Below, piece after piece: positions 43,956 to 58,942 of a DNA stretch of 64,000 nt. A program made the position numbers and the translations under genes. Below the pieces are notes generated by a model. It was not told where the DNA came from and ran no database searches. It saw nothing but the letters and a program-made list of their open reading frames with translations. Origin of the DNA: Octopus vulgaris (lineage: Eukaryota); contig OX597826.1 of NCBI GenBank assembly GCA_951406725.2, positions 3,720,001 to 3,784,000 on the forward strand, written 5' to 3'. Every line of letters begins with the position of its first letter. Positions within the stretch are counted from its first letter, which is position 1.

Positions 43956-44969
43956 ATACTGATATAAAGGGAAATGAGAAAGAGTAGTGAAGTAACAGAT
44001 ACAGTAGAATTTAGGGGCTTGCAATAGTTAGGAAATTTCTTTACGCACTGCGTTTAAATTGGGAAACGTTTAATTATTTCTAGTTTGAAGAAATAATTTC
44101 CAATTACACATCGATGGTCACTTTAACCAATTCTAGTCTGCCTAAAACATGCTTTATTGTGCCAGGTTATTGAGGTAAATGGTATGCAGACCCAAAGAGC
44201 GGTGATAGAATTTTTTAATCGTCGAATGAACCGCTGAGCATATTAACATATATCTTTCCGTTCCGAGTTTAACATTTAACATCATTTAACATTTATTTTT
44301 CCACATTTCATAAATAAAATAATGAACCCTAATACATGTGACGAATTTGATCGACTATATATTTCCAATTTCAAATAAATGTTTGTTTTATGATATTATA
44401 ATAGAAATATTATTGGTAGTATTAATAATATTATGTTGTCATAGCAATATCAAAAATTAACGAAAACATTTAAGCTTTAGAAATAGCAAGAAACATCTTT
44501 AAGTGGTATTTTTAATAATAAATGTGATAGCTAAAAGGAAGAAGCCCTTTTGAAATATCGAATACATAAATGAATGCTACTTGTTACAAATATAAGAATA
44601 TTATCCCATTGTTTAGCCTGGTGTGTGAAACAAGAATATAACACGATATTTTCTTCTTCTAATACAATAGAAAGAGACAAATTTCATAGAATAGAAGAAA
44701 ATGTATCAATCAAATTTCTACAGACAGAAGATATTATATAAATTTCACATTGGCAACTCTAAACGAAGAAAGACGTGGGGCCTAAATCATGCAATAAATA
44801 CTCGGAGATTGCCACTGTTTTCCCTTATAATGTTTATTCGAAGTATTCTATTGCATTTTATTTTCTAGCTACAAAATGACCAAATACAATGTCGATCTTG
44901 AAAGTGTTTGAAATCAGAAAGTATTACTCTATTGTATGGCTTTCTCTCGCTGATTTTACGATTCATATT

Positions 44970-45455
44970 CATCATCATCATCATGGCTCGGCTTCGCGAA
45001 CGAAGATCAGAAAGGCTGTCCACGTCGCGTGTATGCACGCTCATGACTGACAAGTCCGATATGGGAAAGGCAGGTCTGTGAGCAGTGTCCACAGACGATG
45101 GTAACATCCGGTGTGGTGTCAGAGACGGCTCGCGCCTTCCTCCTGCGTCTCTTGTCTTTAAGCGCGTCTCTTCTTCGTTCCTCAAACTCGGTGACTGCGT
45201 TGCAGATCGTGTGGCGCCAGGTATCACGGTCGGCAGCCAGGTCTGACCAGCATTGGTGGTCAATATGACTTGCTGTTAGAGATCCCCAGCATTGAAGCCA
45301 TGCTACTGAAGCCCCACCTCCGATGGGCAGGGCATGTCTCCAGAATGGAGAAACATAGCCTTCCTAAGATTGCCCTGTTTGGCGAACTCTCCACCGGCCA
45401 CCATGTGAGAGGAGCTCCGAAGAAGCGCTACAAAGCCTACCTCAAGAAGTCTCTA
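44970..45455. mobile_element. RTE/BovB-like LINE insertion with 5' inversion
   Basis: Minus 3' part with C-x2-C..HIGLVSH zinc finger and (TGA)n tail; plus part LRWAGHVSRMEKHSLPKIALFGEL...RGAPKKRYK; 12-bp TSD ACGATTCATATT at 44958 and 45456. Confidence 0.9.
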
Positions 45456-45707
45456 ACGATTCATATTATTTCACTGTTAAATATGCAATTTTAGGACACT
45501 CGTTGTCTTCCACTGTTATACTCCATTATGAATTTTCATGTGCTGCTATGTATGATCCATTGCTTGTCAGGACGTTCTATTTTTATATAGACATAAAATC
45601 CGACATATTCATATAGCTTAATGATTTAAGGCATGGAATCCAAAATAAGCCAGCCGAAACATCTAAATTCCCCTCATTTCAAATCTTTAATAATACTAAT
45701 TTATCAT

Positions 45708-46017
45708 GTGGAGGCGCAATGGCCCAGTGGTTAGGGCAGCGAACTCGCGTTCTGAGGATCGCGGTTTCGATTCCTAGACAGGGTGTTGTGTGTGTTTATT
45801 GAGCGAAAACACCAAAATTTCCTCGAGGCTTCGGCAAGGGGTGATGGTGACACCTGTTGTATTCTTTCGGCCCCAATTTCTCTCACTCTTTCTTCCTGTT
45901 TCTTGAGTAACGCTGCGATGGACTGGCGTCCCGTCCAGCTGGGGGAGAACACAAACGCCACAGAAACCGGGAAACCGGGTCCATGAGCCTGGCTAGGCTT
46001 GAAAAGGGGCGAAAAAG
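45708..46017 (+). mobile_element. SINE family C, full length
   Basis: GTGGAGGCGCAATGGCCCAGTGGTTAGG tRNA-like head; TSD AATTTATCAT on both sides. Confidence 0.9.
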
Positions 46018-46600
46018 AATTTATCATAATGTCTTATATATTGTCGCTGAATACATCTGCCTAGAGTACATTTCGTACACTGCGAATCATATAAATGTCG
46101 CAGCAATGGACTTAATGCCTTCAGTCATATCTCGAAACTAGCTACAGGTACGTAGACGTAGAAAGATTATCACTTGCATTAAGAATAAGCTGTTATATTT
46201 GTTTACTGAACAGGTGACAGAATATTAGTTGTTTTACGTCATGCCAAACCGGATGCGCCAATTTTAGATCAAAAACATAATAATCGTGACTTACGTACCG
46301 TGAAAGATATTAAGAAACAGCTGTCGGGAGAATGAATCTTCCTAAATCTGTGTTATGACAAAAATAGCAGCAACAACTTGAAAGCAAATATGATAATTAA
46401 ATACCTATACATATAAACAAACGCACGCGCGTGTATACTTACGCACATGCGTAATTACAGAAATACATACACTAGACATATACGATATATGCCTAAACTG
46501 GATTATACTATAATACTATAAACATAAAAATACATATATATTCTGTATACGTATAAATACATGAGTTCATACACACATACACACACATATATATATATGC

Positions 46601-46651
<51 letters not shown>

Positions 46652-46716
46652 TATACATATATGAGGGGTGTTCATTAAAGGTTTCCTTCGACCTCGTATA
46701 TATACATACACAGACG

Positions 46717-46804
<88 letters not shown>

Positions 46805-46809
<5 letters not shown>

Positions 46810-47025
46810 TTATTTGTTTCAGTAATTTGACGGCGGCAATGCTGGAGCACTGCCTTTTAGTCCTAGAAATTGACCCTAGGGAGTATTCTTTGTATGATTG
46901 GCCTCTATGGCAGAACCACTAAAATATAGTGATATAAACACACCCAAATCGATTGTCAACCGATGGCGGCGGGACAAACACAGGCGGAAAGACACCCGTA
47001 AATTCACACATACATACATACGTAC

Positions 47026-47056
<31 letters not shown>

Positions 47057-47200
47057 CACGAAGTGCTTCAAATCCACTTACAAGGCTCTGTTTGGCCCGA
47101 GGCTATAATAGAAGATACTTCTATTTTAGGTGCCACATAGTAGGACTGAACCTGGAACCACGTCGTCGGGAAGCAAGCTTCTTACCACACATCCATGCCT
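46805..47200 (-). mobile_element. SINE family A, degraded
   Basis: Reverse complement similar to 53167-53570. Confidence 0.8.
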
Positions 47201-47297
47201 ATGTATGTGTGTGTGTGTGCGTGTGTGCGTGTGTGTGAGCATGTGCGTGTGTGTATACATGTATATATATATATATATGTATATGTATGTATATATA

Positions 47298-47354
<57 letters not shown>

Positions 47355-47968
47355 GTGTATATACATGCAAACATTTATACATACAACCACATACTGTTTG
47401 AAAGAAATAGAGAATTAAAAACCAGAGGAAACTGTATACTTACAAAGATAAGTAAAAGAAAAGTTACTAAATAAAATTTGTTAAAACAAATGAAAAGTGA
47501 AGAATCTCTCATTAAATAAGAAATAAAAGCGGCAAAAAATGTTATTGATAGATTGATGAATAACATACAGAGAGAGAAAAAAAACCAGAACAAAACAGTT
47601 AAAAATAAAATATATAATAAATAAATAAGGAAATCTGAACAAATTAGGTTCCTAGATTGACAGCTTTAGATTGTTTGTGTAAGGGACAGTATTTTGTTAA
47701 TGAGAAATTAGCAGAAAGATATGGCGGAAGAGTGATGGGTTGTGATTAAAATGAGGAAAAAAAAAATTCTGAAAAACGAAACTGTAAAAATGAGGCGAAA
47801 AACGAAATGAAAAGCAGAGTTGAAAAAAGAAATAATTATGTATTTTGTTTTCACAAAAGTGAAGGAAATATTTATACTGTTTATATGGTTATTATAATGT
47901 GTTTCATCTTGCATACACACCAAATGTCAGACACACGAGCATAGCCACCAACATACACGCACATATAC

Positions 47969-48119
<151 letters not shown>

Positions 48120-48623
48120 CACGCACATACATATATACATATGAAATTCACTGAATGTACATATGTGTGTGTGTACGTGTGTATATCTAAATGAGTATGT
48201 ATATATATAAACAGAGAGAGAGAGGTAGAGTGAAGTGGAGAGAGAGAGATGTACATAAATCTATGTATGCATATATTTATATCGGGTGGTATATTTTTTG
48301 TCTCTTTGAGCGTGGATATAAGGGTGTGCTTTAACACTATAGAGTTATCTAGTTCTGCATAGATGTGGTAGGGGAGACGAAAAGAAAGTGGTAATTAATT
48401 TTAAAAAGTACTAGAAATAGCATTTAATTAAGAATTAAGGAGTAACATACACAGCCACAACACTTCAAGCTTACACTGACACAAATACCTACTTACGTAC
48501 ACACATACACGTCTATGTAGAAAAGAAACATGCGTACAAATGTATATATACGCACACACTCACACACACACACACACACACACGAACACACACACATATG
48601 TATATGTGTGTATGTATATATAT

Positions 48624-48657
<34 letters not shown>

Positions 48658-48679
48658 TATACTTACATATATATATGTA

Positions 48680-48739
<60 letters not shown>

Positions 48740-48849
48740 TCACTCTGTCTCTGTTTATATATATAAATATTCATTTAGATATACACACGTACACACACAC
48801 ATATATATATATATCTGTAGGTATATATACATATATATATATGTATATG

Positions 48850-48932
<83 letters not shown>

Positions 48933-49298
48933 ATATTTATACGTACGTAAGTATGTACATAACTATATGTAATCATGTGTCTATTAAAAGAAACATCACG
49001 TTAAATTTCTTTTCTAAATGTGTATAATATTTATATTTTATTTTTCGAAGATGAATGAATACAAAACTACATTTTTTGTTCTATACATGAAAACATACAT
49101 TCTTATATATGTGTATAAGCAAATGTATACATACATATGCCTAAATGCATACATGTGTATGGTTGTGTGTGCGTGCCTGTGTGTCTGTATGCGTGTATAT
49201 TCCTATATAGAAATACATATGTGAATTTATCTTGCATATGTATATTTTTGTGCCTCTGTCTGTATGCATGCATGCATGTATGTATGTATGTATGTATG

Positions 49299-49373
<75 letters not shown>

Positions 49374-49390
49374 TTGTGTTTATATACATA

Positions 49391-49448
<58 letters not shown>

Positions 49449-49456
49449 TATATATA

Positions 49457-49494
<38 letters not shown>

Positions 49495-49894
49495 GACAAT
49501 CAGAGAGAGAATATGAGACAAAGAGAGAGAGAGAGAGAGTGATTGGGAAGGAGAGACATGCAGAGAAAGTCATAGAGAGAGAGAGAGATTGAAATATAAA
49601 CATGGAGAGTCAGGGAATAGGAACGAGCAGAAGATGCGTATTTCTGAAGCGTGTCTCCTGATATTTAAAACCGAAACTCTAAACGACGGTGATTGAAATG
49701 TTGATAAGTTCCAGCTATATTCAGTGACCAATTTTATTTTGTTATAATTACGACGTATATTGAGATAGTTTCAAATGTTTGCTAAATATAAACGTAAAAG
49801 ACACACTGAGACACACACACAGACACATATACGCTTATACATTGATGAATGGGTATATATATACACACATATACATACATATGTACATATACAT

Positions 49895-49934
<40 letters not shown>

Positions 49935-49948
49935 GTATATACACATGC

Positions 49949-50007
<59 letters not shown>

Positions 50008-50078
50008 GTGACTGCGTGTGTACCGTTGGCGATTTTTTTTCCTCCGTCTTCACTTCTCTGGATCTTTCCTTCTCCTAT

Positions 50079-50113
50079 GTTTCCGACGAAGAGCTCCGCT
50101 CTAAACGTAAAAC
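50079..50113 (+). ncRNA. Degenerate minimal hammerhead (U4C; G12 mutated to U)
   Basis: GUUU CCGACGA A GAGC ucc GCUC uAAA CG U A AAAC inside a roughly 200-bp insert flanked by (TA)n. Confidence 0.55.
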
Positions 50114-50222
50114 CCTCATTCTTCCCTTCCTTCCTGAGCGTCCAATAATACTATATTTGTTCCACGTCCTCGCGTTGTTGTGTTTTCCTGTTTGGATTTA
50201 CTTTATATATATATATATATAT

Positions 50223-50260
<38 letters not shown>

Positions 50261-51167
50261 AATCCAAACGGGAAAACAAAAGAACAACAACAGTGAAACA
50301 ATTACAGTATTATTATTAATAGGCGCTCAGGAAATATGGAAGCAGGAATGTGCGTGTGTATATACATTTATGTATATGCATACATGTATATTATATTTAT
50401 AATATACATATATATATATATATAATATTTATATATATACATATATGTGTGTGTGTATATATGTATATATATATACACTATATATATGTATATATATATA
50501 CACACAATATATATGTATATATATACATATGTATGCATCAGGGTATAATCGTATATGAAGTATGTACGTATATATACAGATCTATGCGCGCACATACACA
50601 CATATGTATATATATATACACAGACACATAATTTAGTGTGTGCGAATGTGTCTCTTTGTGTGAACATGTCTGTATATGTGTATGTGAGTCTGTGTGTGTT
50701 CGTGTGTGTACATGTATGTTTGTCTATCTGTTTTCAATTCATTCCAATGATGTCACGATCGTCTTTTTTTTGTTTGTTTTTAGACTTTTAAGCGCTTCAC
50801 ATCTGAAAAGGCTGCATCGTGTTTGTTTTCTTTCATTAATACCTACTGTTAAGTCAGCTCCGATGTATGATGATACGCTGGGAATGTAGGAAAAAAGCAA
50901 AACACTCATACACACACACACACACCCACACACACACACAGACAAACAGAAACACGCACAGGGACAAGCAGAACACTCACAGAAGCACACACACTCACAC
51001 CCAGAGACACACACACGTACACACACGTACACACACACACACACGCAAACACACACACACCTACACATGCACAAACACAAACTCACAGACACTATCTCCC
51101 AAACAATTTCGCAAATACATATTTAAGTACGCATTTATAAGTGTGCGTGCGTGTGTGTTTGTGTGTA

Positions 51168-51250
<83 letters not shown>

Positions 51251-52122
51251 GTATGTATATGTATATATATATATACATAGCGTGTCTGTTTTTTGAGGTC
51301 ATTTCTATGAATTTAGAAAACGACAGCTCATCAAAGAAAGGATGTATTTGAAAACAAATATGTACAAGAGAATTCTTTTATCACACCTATTCACTGAATC
51401 CACCGTCAGCACCAATGCCAGCTACAGTGTGGAGTGGGAAGCGTTGACATGCCCCAATCAAATGATGTTTATAAATTTTGACAACAGTGCTGGTTATGAC
51501 GGACTTCATAGCTTTTATGGCGTTATGGGCCTGTTGATTGACCTCTCTTTCGACTACGCTACATAAGTCACAGTCCACTAGATTGAGGTTTTGTGAGCTA
51601 GGAGGCTATTGTCTCGAGCAAACATGGTCATGAAGATTGGCATACTTTCGCGCTTTAGTAATATTGGTCATAAGATTCTTGTCGGAGGACTAACCGATAT
51701 TTCTTCCTGTATAAGAAGATGGAATGAACAAGTTTTTAGTATTTTAGCAATTTATAAAATATCATTGTGATGTGGGTATAAAACAGAAAAAAAAACTTAA
51801 AATATTCTCGGAGTGATCTCGAATCTACATGAAAACTCGCATGCATTCAGCTATTGCTGAATTATATTAATGAAATAATGAGTATAATACACACAACTTT
51901 CATCAATTGCCGTCTGATACTTATCTATCGAAACAATTATAGCGATTTGTATATAGCTTGTTCATTCTTCCACCTCGTATTAAAATTCTTCTGCATAAAC
52001 TGAAAAGATACTCACCGGTAATCGTCGATTTCCACTTGTCTATCCATTGAAAGGAGAAGTCCTACTATACGATGAATTCTGGTAGCCGATACTAGCAAAA
52101 GAGCCTTGGAAACCATTGCATA

Positions 52123-52157
<35 letters not shown>

Positions 52158-52284
52158 GAGAGAGAGAGGGAGAGACTGAGACAGAGACAGGCAGAAACAA
52201 GGAAAATACCACTTGTATTTGAACACTATACAAATATTCTTTTAAAAAAAACTTAATTTTTCTAAATTTAATTGTTTTCCATAC

Positions 52285-52326
52285 TTACAGTTGAAAAAGT
52301 CTCAATGACTGAAACCGGTACTGAAA
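52285..52326 (+). ncRNA. Minimal type I hammerhead ribozyme with U3-A8 core
   Basis: CAG UUGAAAA AGUC ucaau GACU GAAA CCGG U A CUG; palindromic ACCGGU; GUA triplet. Confidence 0.65.
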
Positions 52327-52389
52327 TGTTTTTTATAAAATTATTTTAGCATTTTCTATCTTGACTTTTTTTCCATATATATATATCGT

Positions 52390-52900
52390 CGGCTCCAGCT
52401 CGTATCGGAACATAGGGTACGTAAGTTCCCATCCAGGCTCCTCGGCTGATGTTTGTGCCGAAAGTTACTTTGGAGTCAAAGTCAGCGGTGAAACGGAAGA
52501 GTCGTGAGCAAAACTTGCACGGGATGGTAGATGCAGGTCGAGGATGTTGAAGACGCCACTTTCTTCTGTGTTTTGCCTCTTCATTCTGTTGTCTGTTCTG
52601 TTCGAATGAGCTGGCTCCATTGCGGATAGCAGTCTTCTAGACTCTCGTATTCATGGCAATCTGTTCGCATGAGGGGTGGCTGGATGTTAGCTTGGTAGTG
52701 AGGCGCGGCGAAGAACCTCGATATTGGTAATGTGATCTACCCATTGTATATTGAGGATCTGTCATAGCTTCGATTGCTAAAAGCATTCAAGGCGCTTGAT
52801 GTCACGGTGGTACAACGTCCAAGAGTCACAAGTGTAGAGTAGAGTTGACAGGACAATGGTACAGAAGACAATGATCTTGGCCCGGATGTTCAGCGCGTCA
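52390..52900 (-). mobile_element. Decayed RTE/BovB-like LINE fragment
   Basis: IVLSTLLYTCDSWTLYHRDIKRLECF...ILNIQWVDHITNIEVL. Confidence 0.85.
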
Positions 52901-53166
52901 TTGAAGAATACCCGTTTGAGCTGTCTTTAAAACGGCATTTCGGACCTCTTCTGGGTCTTGTTTTGAAATTTTGAAAGACGCAACGAAAATTTTAGGACAA
53001 TAAGAATAAGAAAAACGTGGACATTTTACCGGTGAGTGTGTTACATTATAAGGCACAAAAAGAAAATGACTCTCTCCAGACACAATAGAATATGCTTCAA
53101 CACACGAATAAAGAGTCTTGCAAGCCAAATCCAAAGACCGAAATTATATTACGGCACAAATACATA

Positions 53167-53570
53167 GGCGTAGGAGTGGCTGTGTGGTAAGTAGCTTGCT
53201 TACCAACCACATGGTCCCGGGTTGAGTCCTGCTGCGTGGCACCTTGGGCAAGTATCTCCTACTACAGCCCCGGGCCGACCAAAGCCTTGTGAGTCGATTT
53301 GGTAGACGGAAACTGGAAGAAGCCCGTCGTATATGTGTATATATATATGTGTGTACGTATGTGTATGTATGTGTATATGTTTGTCTGTGTTTTTTCCCCC
53401 AACATCGCTTGACAACCGATGCTGGTGTGTTCACGTCCCCGTAACTTAGCGGTTCGGCAAAAGAGACCGATAGAATAAGTACTAGGCTTACAAAGAATAA
53501 TCTTTGCTGGGTCGATTTGCTCGACTAAAGGCGTAGCTCCAGCATGGCCGCAGTCAAATGACTGAAACAA
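53167..53570 (+). mobile_element. SINE family A, full length, well preserved
   Basis: Complete head-to-tail copy; flanked by ACAAATACAT direct repeat. Confidence 0.92.
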
Positions 53571-54124
53571 ATACATGCTCCGTCATTTGGTTAAAGAAAC
53601 TGAATCAGACGATTACACATATCGTATGACTGCAATGAATTGCTCATTATATATTTCTAAATTGAAATAATAAACATTACTTCTATACATTTACATACTC
53701 TTAATTAGATAGACAATCCCATTTACAAATTGCTCACAGAAGATATAAGTAATTAATTACATGTAAGCATTTAGCACTTCACCAATACAGTTGCATGTGC
53801 GCAATTAGCGACATAATTACACGTTTACAAATACACAATATACCACATAATGGCTTATATAATATGATTGTATACGAAATGATTTCATAAACCTCTTTAG
53901 TACTTAACGCGCAACATACAATAGCTCGAAGGAGACTCAACATACAAGCGCAAATTATTAAGAGAAGCTGCTAAATAAAACCATAAATCACACCCAGCCT
54001 TTGATTTTAGAAGAAACAATATTTTTAGTAATACGATATTGGGCATACAGTAGTGAAACTAAATGATAGGTTGGTCATGGCTGGAAATCGATTGATAAGC
54101 AGATAGTGATAGTTATAGATGTTG

Positions 54125-54176
<52 letters not shown>

Positions 54177-54181
54177 GAGAG

Positions 54182-54247
<66 letters not shown>

Positions 54248-54491
54248 CAGACGAACTCATTCATGTTTGCGTTTATCTATTTCACAGTCAAATCACCAGT
54301 CAGAGCTATGTTAAAATACATTTGCTTTAGATGCAGCTCAGTATAGAATCGAACCTAAACCTCATAACAGAGTGTGGAATTCCATACCGCAGAAGCACGA
54401 ATATCGCTTCACGTCAATGTTCATATGAAACATGATTAAAACCACTTTTCTAAAACTTACAATATATGCAAGTGAATACTAGAGCTTGTAA

Positions 54492-55109
54492 AGCGGCGAG
54501 CTGGCAGAAACGTTTGCACGCCGGGCGAAATGCTTAGCGGTATTTCGTCTGCGTTACGTTGTGAGTTCAAATTCCGCCGAGGTCGACTTTGCCTTTCATC
54601 CTTTCGGGGTCGATAAATTAAGTACCAGTTCCGGACTGGGGTCGATGTAATCGACTTAATACCTATGTCTGTCCTTGTTTGTCCTCTCTGTGTTTAGCCC
54701 CTTGTGGGTAATAAGGAAATAGGTATTTCGTCTGCCGTTACGTTCTGAGTTCAAATTCCGCCGAGGTCGACTTTGCCTTTCATCCTATAGGGATCGATTA
54801 AATATGTACCAGTTACACACTGGGGCTGATATAATCGCCTTAATCCGTTTGTTTGTGCTTGTTTGTCCTCTCCGTGTTTAGCCCCCCTGTGGGTAGTAAA
54901 GAAATAGGTATTTCGTCTGAAGTTACATTCTGAGTCCAAATTCCGCCGAGGTCGAATTTGTCTTTTATCTGTTCGGGGTCGATAAATTAAGCACCAGTTA
55001 AACACTGGGGTCGATATAATCGACTTAATCTGTTTGTCTGTCCTTGTTTGTCTCTTCTATGTTTAGCCCCTTGTGAGCAATAAAAAAATAAGGAACGTTA
55101 GCACGCCGG

Positions 55110-55110
<1 letters not shown>
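54492..55110 (+). mobile_element. SINE family B with three tandem body units of about 185 bp
   Basis: GTATTTCGTCTG...GAAATA unit at about 54540, 54723 and 54908. Confidence 0.92.
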
Positions 55111-55154
<44 letters not shown>

Positions 55155-55374
55155 CATATAAACATACATGCATACACGCATACATACACAACATAGTCAC
55201 ATACATGTATACATACATATATACATATATAAACGTGCTTGTACTTGCTTCTCTTTCTATGAGTAAGTATCGATAGACATCAATACACCCAGGCTTACAT
55301 AAGCATACATCTCACTCATATCTCTCCATATCTATGTCCTCTTGACTCTTTCTCTCATCCTATTACTATACTTA

Positions 55375-55792
55375 CTCACTTTACTCTCTTTTACTCTTTT
55401 ACTTGTTTCAGTCATTTGACTGTGGCTATGCTGGAGCACCGACTTTATTCGAGCAAATCGACCCCAGGGCTTCTACTTTGTAAGCCTAGTACTTATCCTA
55501 TCGGTCTCTTTTGCCGAACCGCTAGGTCACGGGAGCGTAAACAAACCAGGTATCGGTTGTCAAGCGATGTTGGGGGAACAAACACAGATACACAAACACA
55601 TACATATATACATACATATACATATATTCGACGAGCTTCTTTCAGTTTCCATCTACCAAATCCACACAGAAGGCTTTGGTCGGCCCGATGCTATAGTAGA
55701 AGACACTTGCCCAATGTGCCACGCAGAGGGACTGAACCCGGAACCATGTGGTTGGTAAGCAAGCTACTTACCACACAGCCACTCATGCGCCT
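55375..55792 (-). mobile_element. SINE family A, full length
   Basis: Reverse complement of the 53167-53570 copy, with a (TTTTACTC)n tail. Confidence 0.92.
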
Positions 55793-56708
55793 GTTAGCTG
55801 GTAATATTTTCTTTCAAAGTTCGAAAGTGACCGTTTCTTGCATCCAAGAACGCAAAATCTCAGCATCTCAGCAAATGTTACGCTAATAGCCTCTTTTATT
55901 ACATTCTAGAAAACGTGAGGTGACATTCTCGTACAGACAATGAATCTGCAGTAGTCTAATTTAGCAATTCCCCTCATGACAAAAATATTAACGAAATATG
56001 AAATAAAGCTGTCATGTGCCATCGTGTCGTGACAATCGTTTGCCACTCCCCCCCCCCCTCAACGGCAACACGTACGCAAATACTTGAATAACGCTCACAC
56101 ACTTCGATGCACTACGACTCACACGTGTATTCGCACGCATGTCATGCTTACGTCATTTTAGCGCGTTTAAATTTTTGCTCCTCTTCTACAAGGAATTTAA
56201 GTTTCTGGAAAGAATTGTAATGACATTTCCGGAGAACATCCTCGAAATATTTTGAATAATAATGTGTAAGAACGAAGTGTATTATCTCAATTCAGTTAAT
56301 AATTTTTCTTTTTACATATATTGCACGTTTCACGAACTCTGTCATAATTTTGCGTTAAAAGTGTCATACGCAACAGAATTCTACGTGCACATGTACCACG
56401 GTTCTTCTGAAAACTGTTGTCTTCCATCCACTGCAGGAAGGTATTATCAATGACCTTTAGACCCCCCCCAACTCCCTTGATATCTGCAGTCGAATTCATG
56501 GCAGCTCTTTTTGTGTTTTTAAATTATTACAGGTTGTAATTTTTAAAAGAATTATTTTACAAGTGTCACAGATAGATCGAAAAACAGATGTAGAGAAACA
56601 TAGGTAAGGAGAAAAAAACAGAGATGACTAGAGTATGTATATGAAGTGTGTATTCGTGAGTCTATGTATACTTACACACACACGCAGACACACACACACA
56701 CACACACG

Positions 56709-56788
<80 letters not shown>

Positions 56789-56929
56789 TATATGCCTGTC
56801 TGTTAATTTGGCAGGCTAAAATTTTGTGAAAGCCCGTCGGCTCCTGTATAGAGAAATGTCATTTCACATGAAAACATCTGGTAACTTTGGTCGGTTGAAC
56901 ACGAATAGTGCATTTTATGCGTGCGCGCT

Positions 56930-56960
<31 letters not shown>

Positions 56961-56977
56961 GCGCGTGTGTCTGTATG

Positions 56978-57027
<50 letters not shown>

Positions 57028-57659
57028 TGTGTGTAGTTGAATATGATTTGGGTAAAAACCTTGTAAAATGCTCTGCAAAGCTCGTTCACTAATACTGGCT
57101 ACCTGATGTCATCATACGGTAGAAATGCTCGTTCTACTCGATATTTAATTTCATAGTACTCGTAGGGTTTATTTTAAAAAATTAAATGATAGAAAATTGA
57201 GTTACTCTGTCTAACACTCACTACATCTGTGGTTCAGAATTTTTTCAGTAGGGAAATAGTTATAGTTACCTGTTTGAAAGTGTGCATATCGAGGAAACCT
57301 CATTGTAGACAACACGATTTTTCACAATTCATCCACAGCTAATGTCTCAGGTTTCATTGTTTCTAAGCATCTCTCCTGACGAAATAATATGCTTAATATA
57401 GTTAGGACTGCATTCACTAGACTTGCTCATACCTTCGAGGCCTTGGCGGAACTCTACGCTGTCAAATAATGTATAACAAGCAACAGAGCATTGTTCACAC
57501 ATAGACACACACACGCGTGCACGCATATTTACAAATGCACTTGTGCACGCACACACACACACACACATATATACAGACACATAAATTAGACCACATCCAG
57601 GGAGAGGCAGGCCACTCGACCGATTCATATTTGGATACTAAAATGTTCCCGTTTCTTTC

Positions 57660-57880
57660 CCCCAGACTTACTATCGTCTCTTGTCTCTTATATCACTTCT
57701 GCAAAGGATTCTGCTCATCGCAACTGTCCAGCCTTTTTCCTCAGGCAATCAGGTACCCCCGAATCACTGATTTTTTTCTCTTCCTACATCCCTCTTGCTC
57801 CCCCATGCGATTGCCTTAGCTCCCCAGACTCTACAGTAACCACTGTCCCCAGTTCATCTTTCCTAGAGCCTCGACACAAA
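57660..57880 (+). mobile_element. Decayed L2/CR1-like LINE 3' region
   Basis: LLYHFCKGFCSSQLSSLFP...HP...FPRAS resembles LINE ORF2 C-terminal motifs. Confidence 0.45.
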
Positions 57881-58300
57881 CATATCATCTTTCCTTGCTC
57901 TTTACTCACAACTATTCTGTTGTGTAACATTTAATCGAGAATTTTTCTTTTTAACTTCGTGTAATACAGACTCATAATGTAATTAATTAAAAGATACACG
58001 TGACGCCGGTCAACCACCTTGCAAAGATGTCGTCTTGAATTTCGTCTGAATGCTGTTATTTTTGGCATTGAAGTAATGGACAGGACGTGAAAAGAGACTA
58101 CTGGTGTAAATGGCATCAACCGACTGAATTCAATTATTATGCAGAACTAATATTGACTATTCTTGCTCTCGCTCGTCTTAGTAATAGACCTTCATACGCA
58201 CACATACAGACATACACGCACACGTATATATAGAGAGATATACGCAAAAATATATACATATGCATTCATACACACGCGTACATTTATATATCAATACATG

Positions 58301-58341
<41 letters not shown>

Positions 58342-58618
58342 GCACACACGTATCCTTTATCTTTTACTTCTATCATTGATTTGTCTGCGGCCATCGACCC
58401 CAGGATATTGTTAAAGGCTATTTTGTCAGTTTGTTTTGCAAAAACAGCTAAGTTCCTGAGACATCAACAGACGAACAAAGATTGACAAGCAATGATAGGG
58501 GACAAACAAGGATGGAAAGTCATATATACATAGATACACACACACGTTCACAAAAACCCTCATACACACATACATGCATACATACATATATACATACATA
58601 CATACGTACATACATATA

Positions 58619-58732
<114 letters not shown>

Positions 58733-58942
58733 GAAATATTGCATTTCTAAACCTCTCAGAGAGATTTATACAGTAGCAGCACAATAAAGTGATGGTTTCT
58801 TGCCAACTTAACATGGCAGTCACAGGAAAGGGAAGAATGCTATTGCTATGTAGCCCCAGGAACCATCGTTTCCAGTTCGCTATGTGACACAAGAGTGCTG
58901 TGTCCTTACGTTTTCTAACAGGGGAGGTAAGCACCTTCACCC

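Noticed and set aside
45708-45785. tRNA-like sequence
   Set aside because: It is the head of a SINE with a TSD and multiple copies; there is no proper acceptor stem.
52925-52960. Minus-strand CAGAAGA GGTCC GAAA as a hammerhead
   Set aside because: Stem II loop is too short and there is no stem I complementarity.
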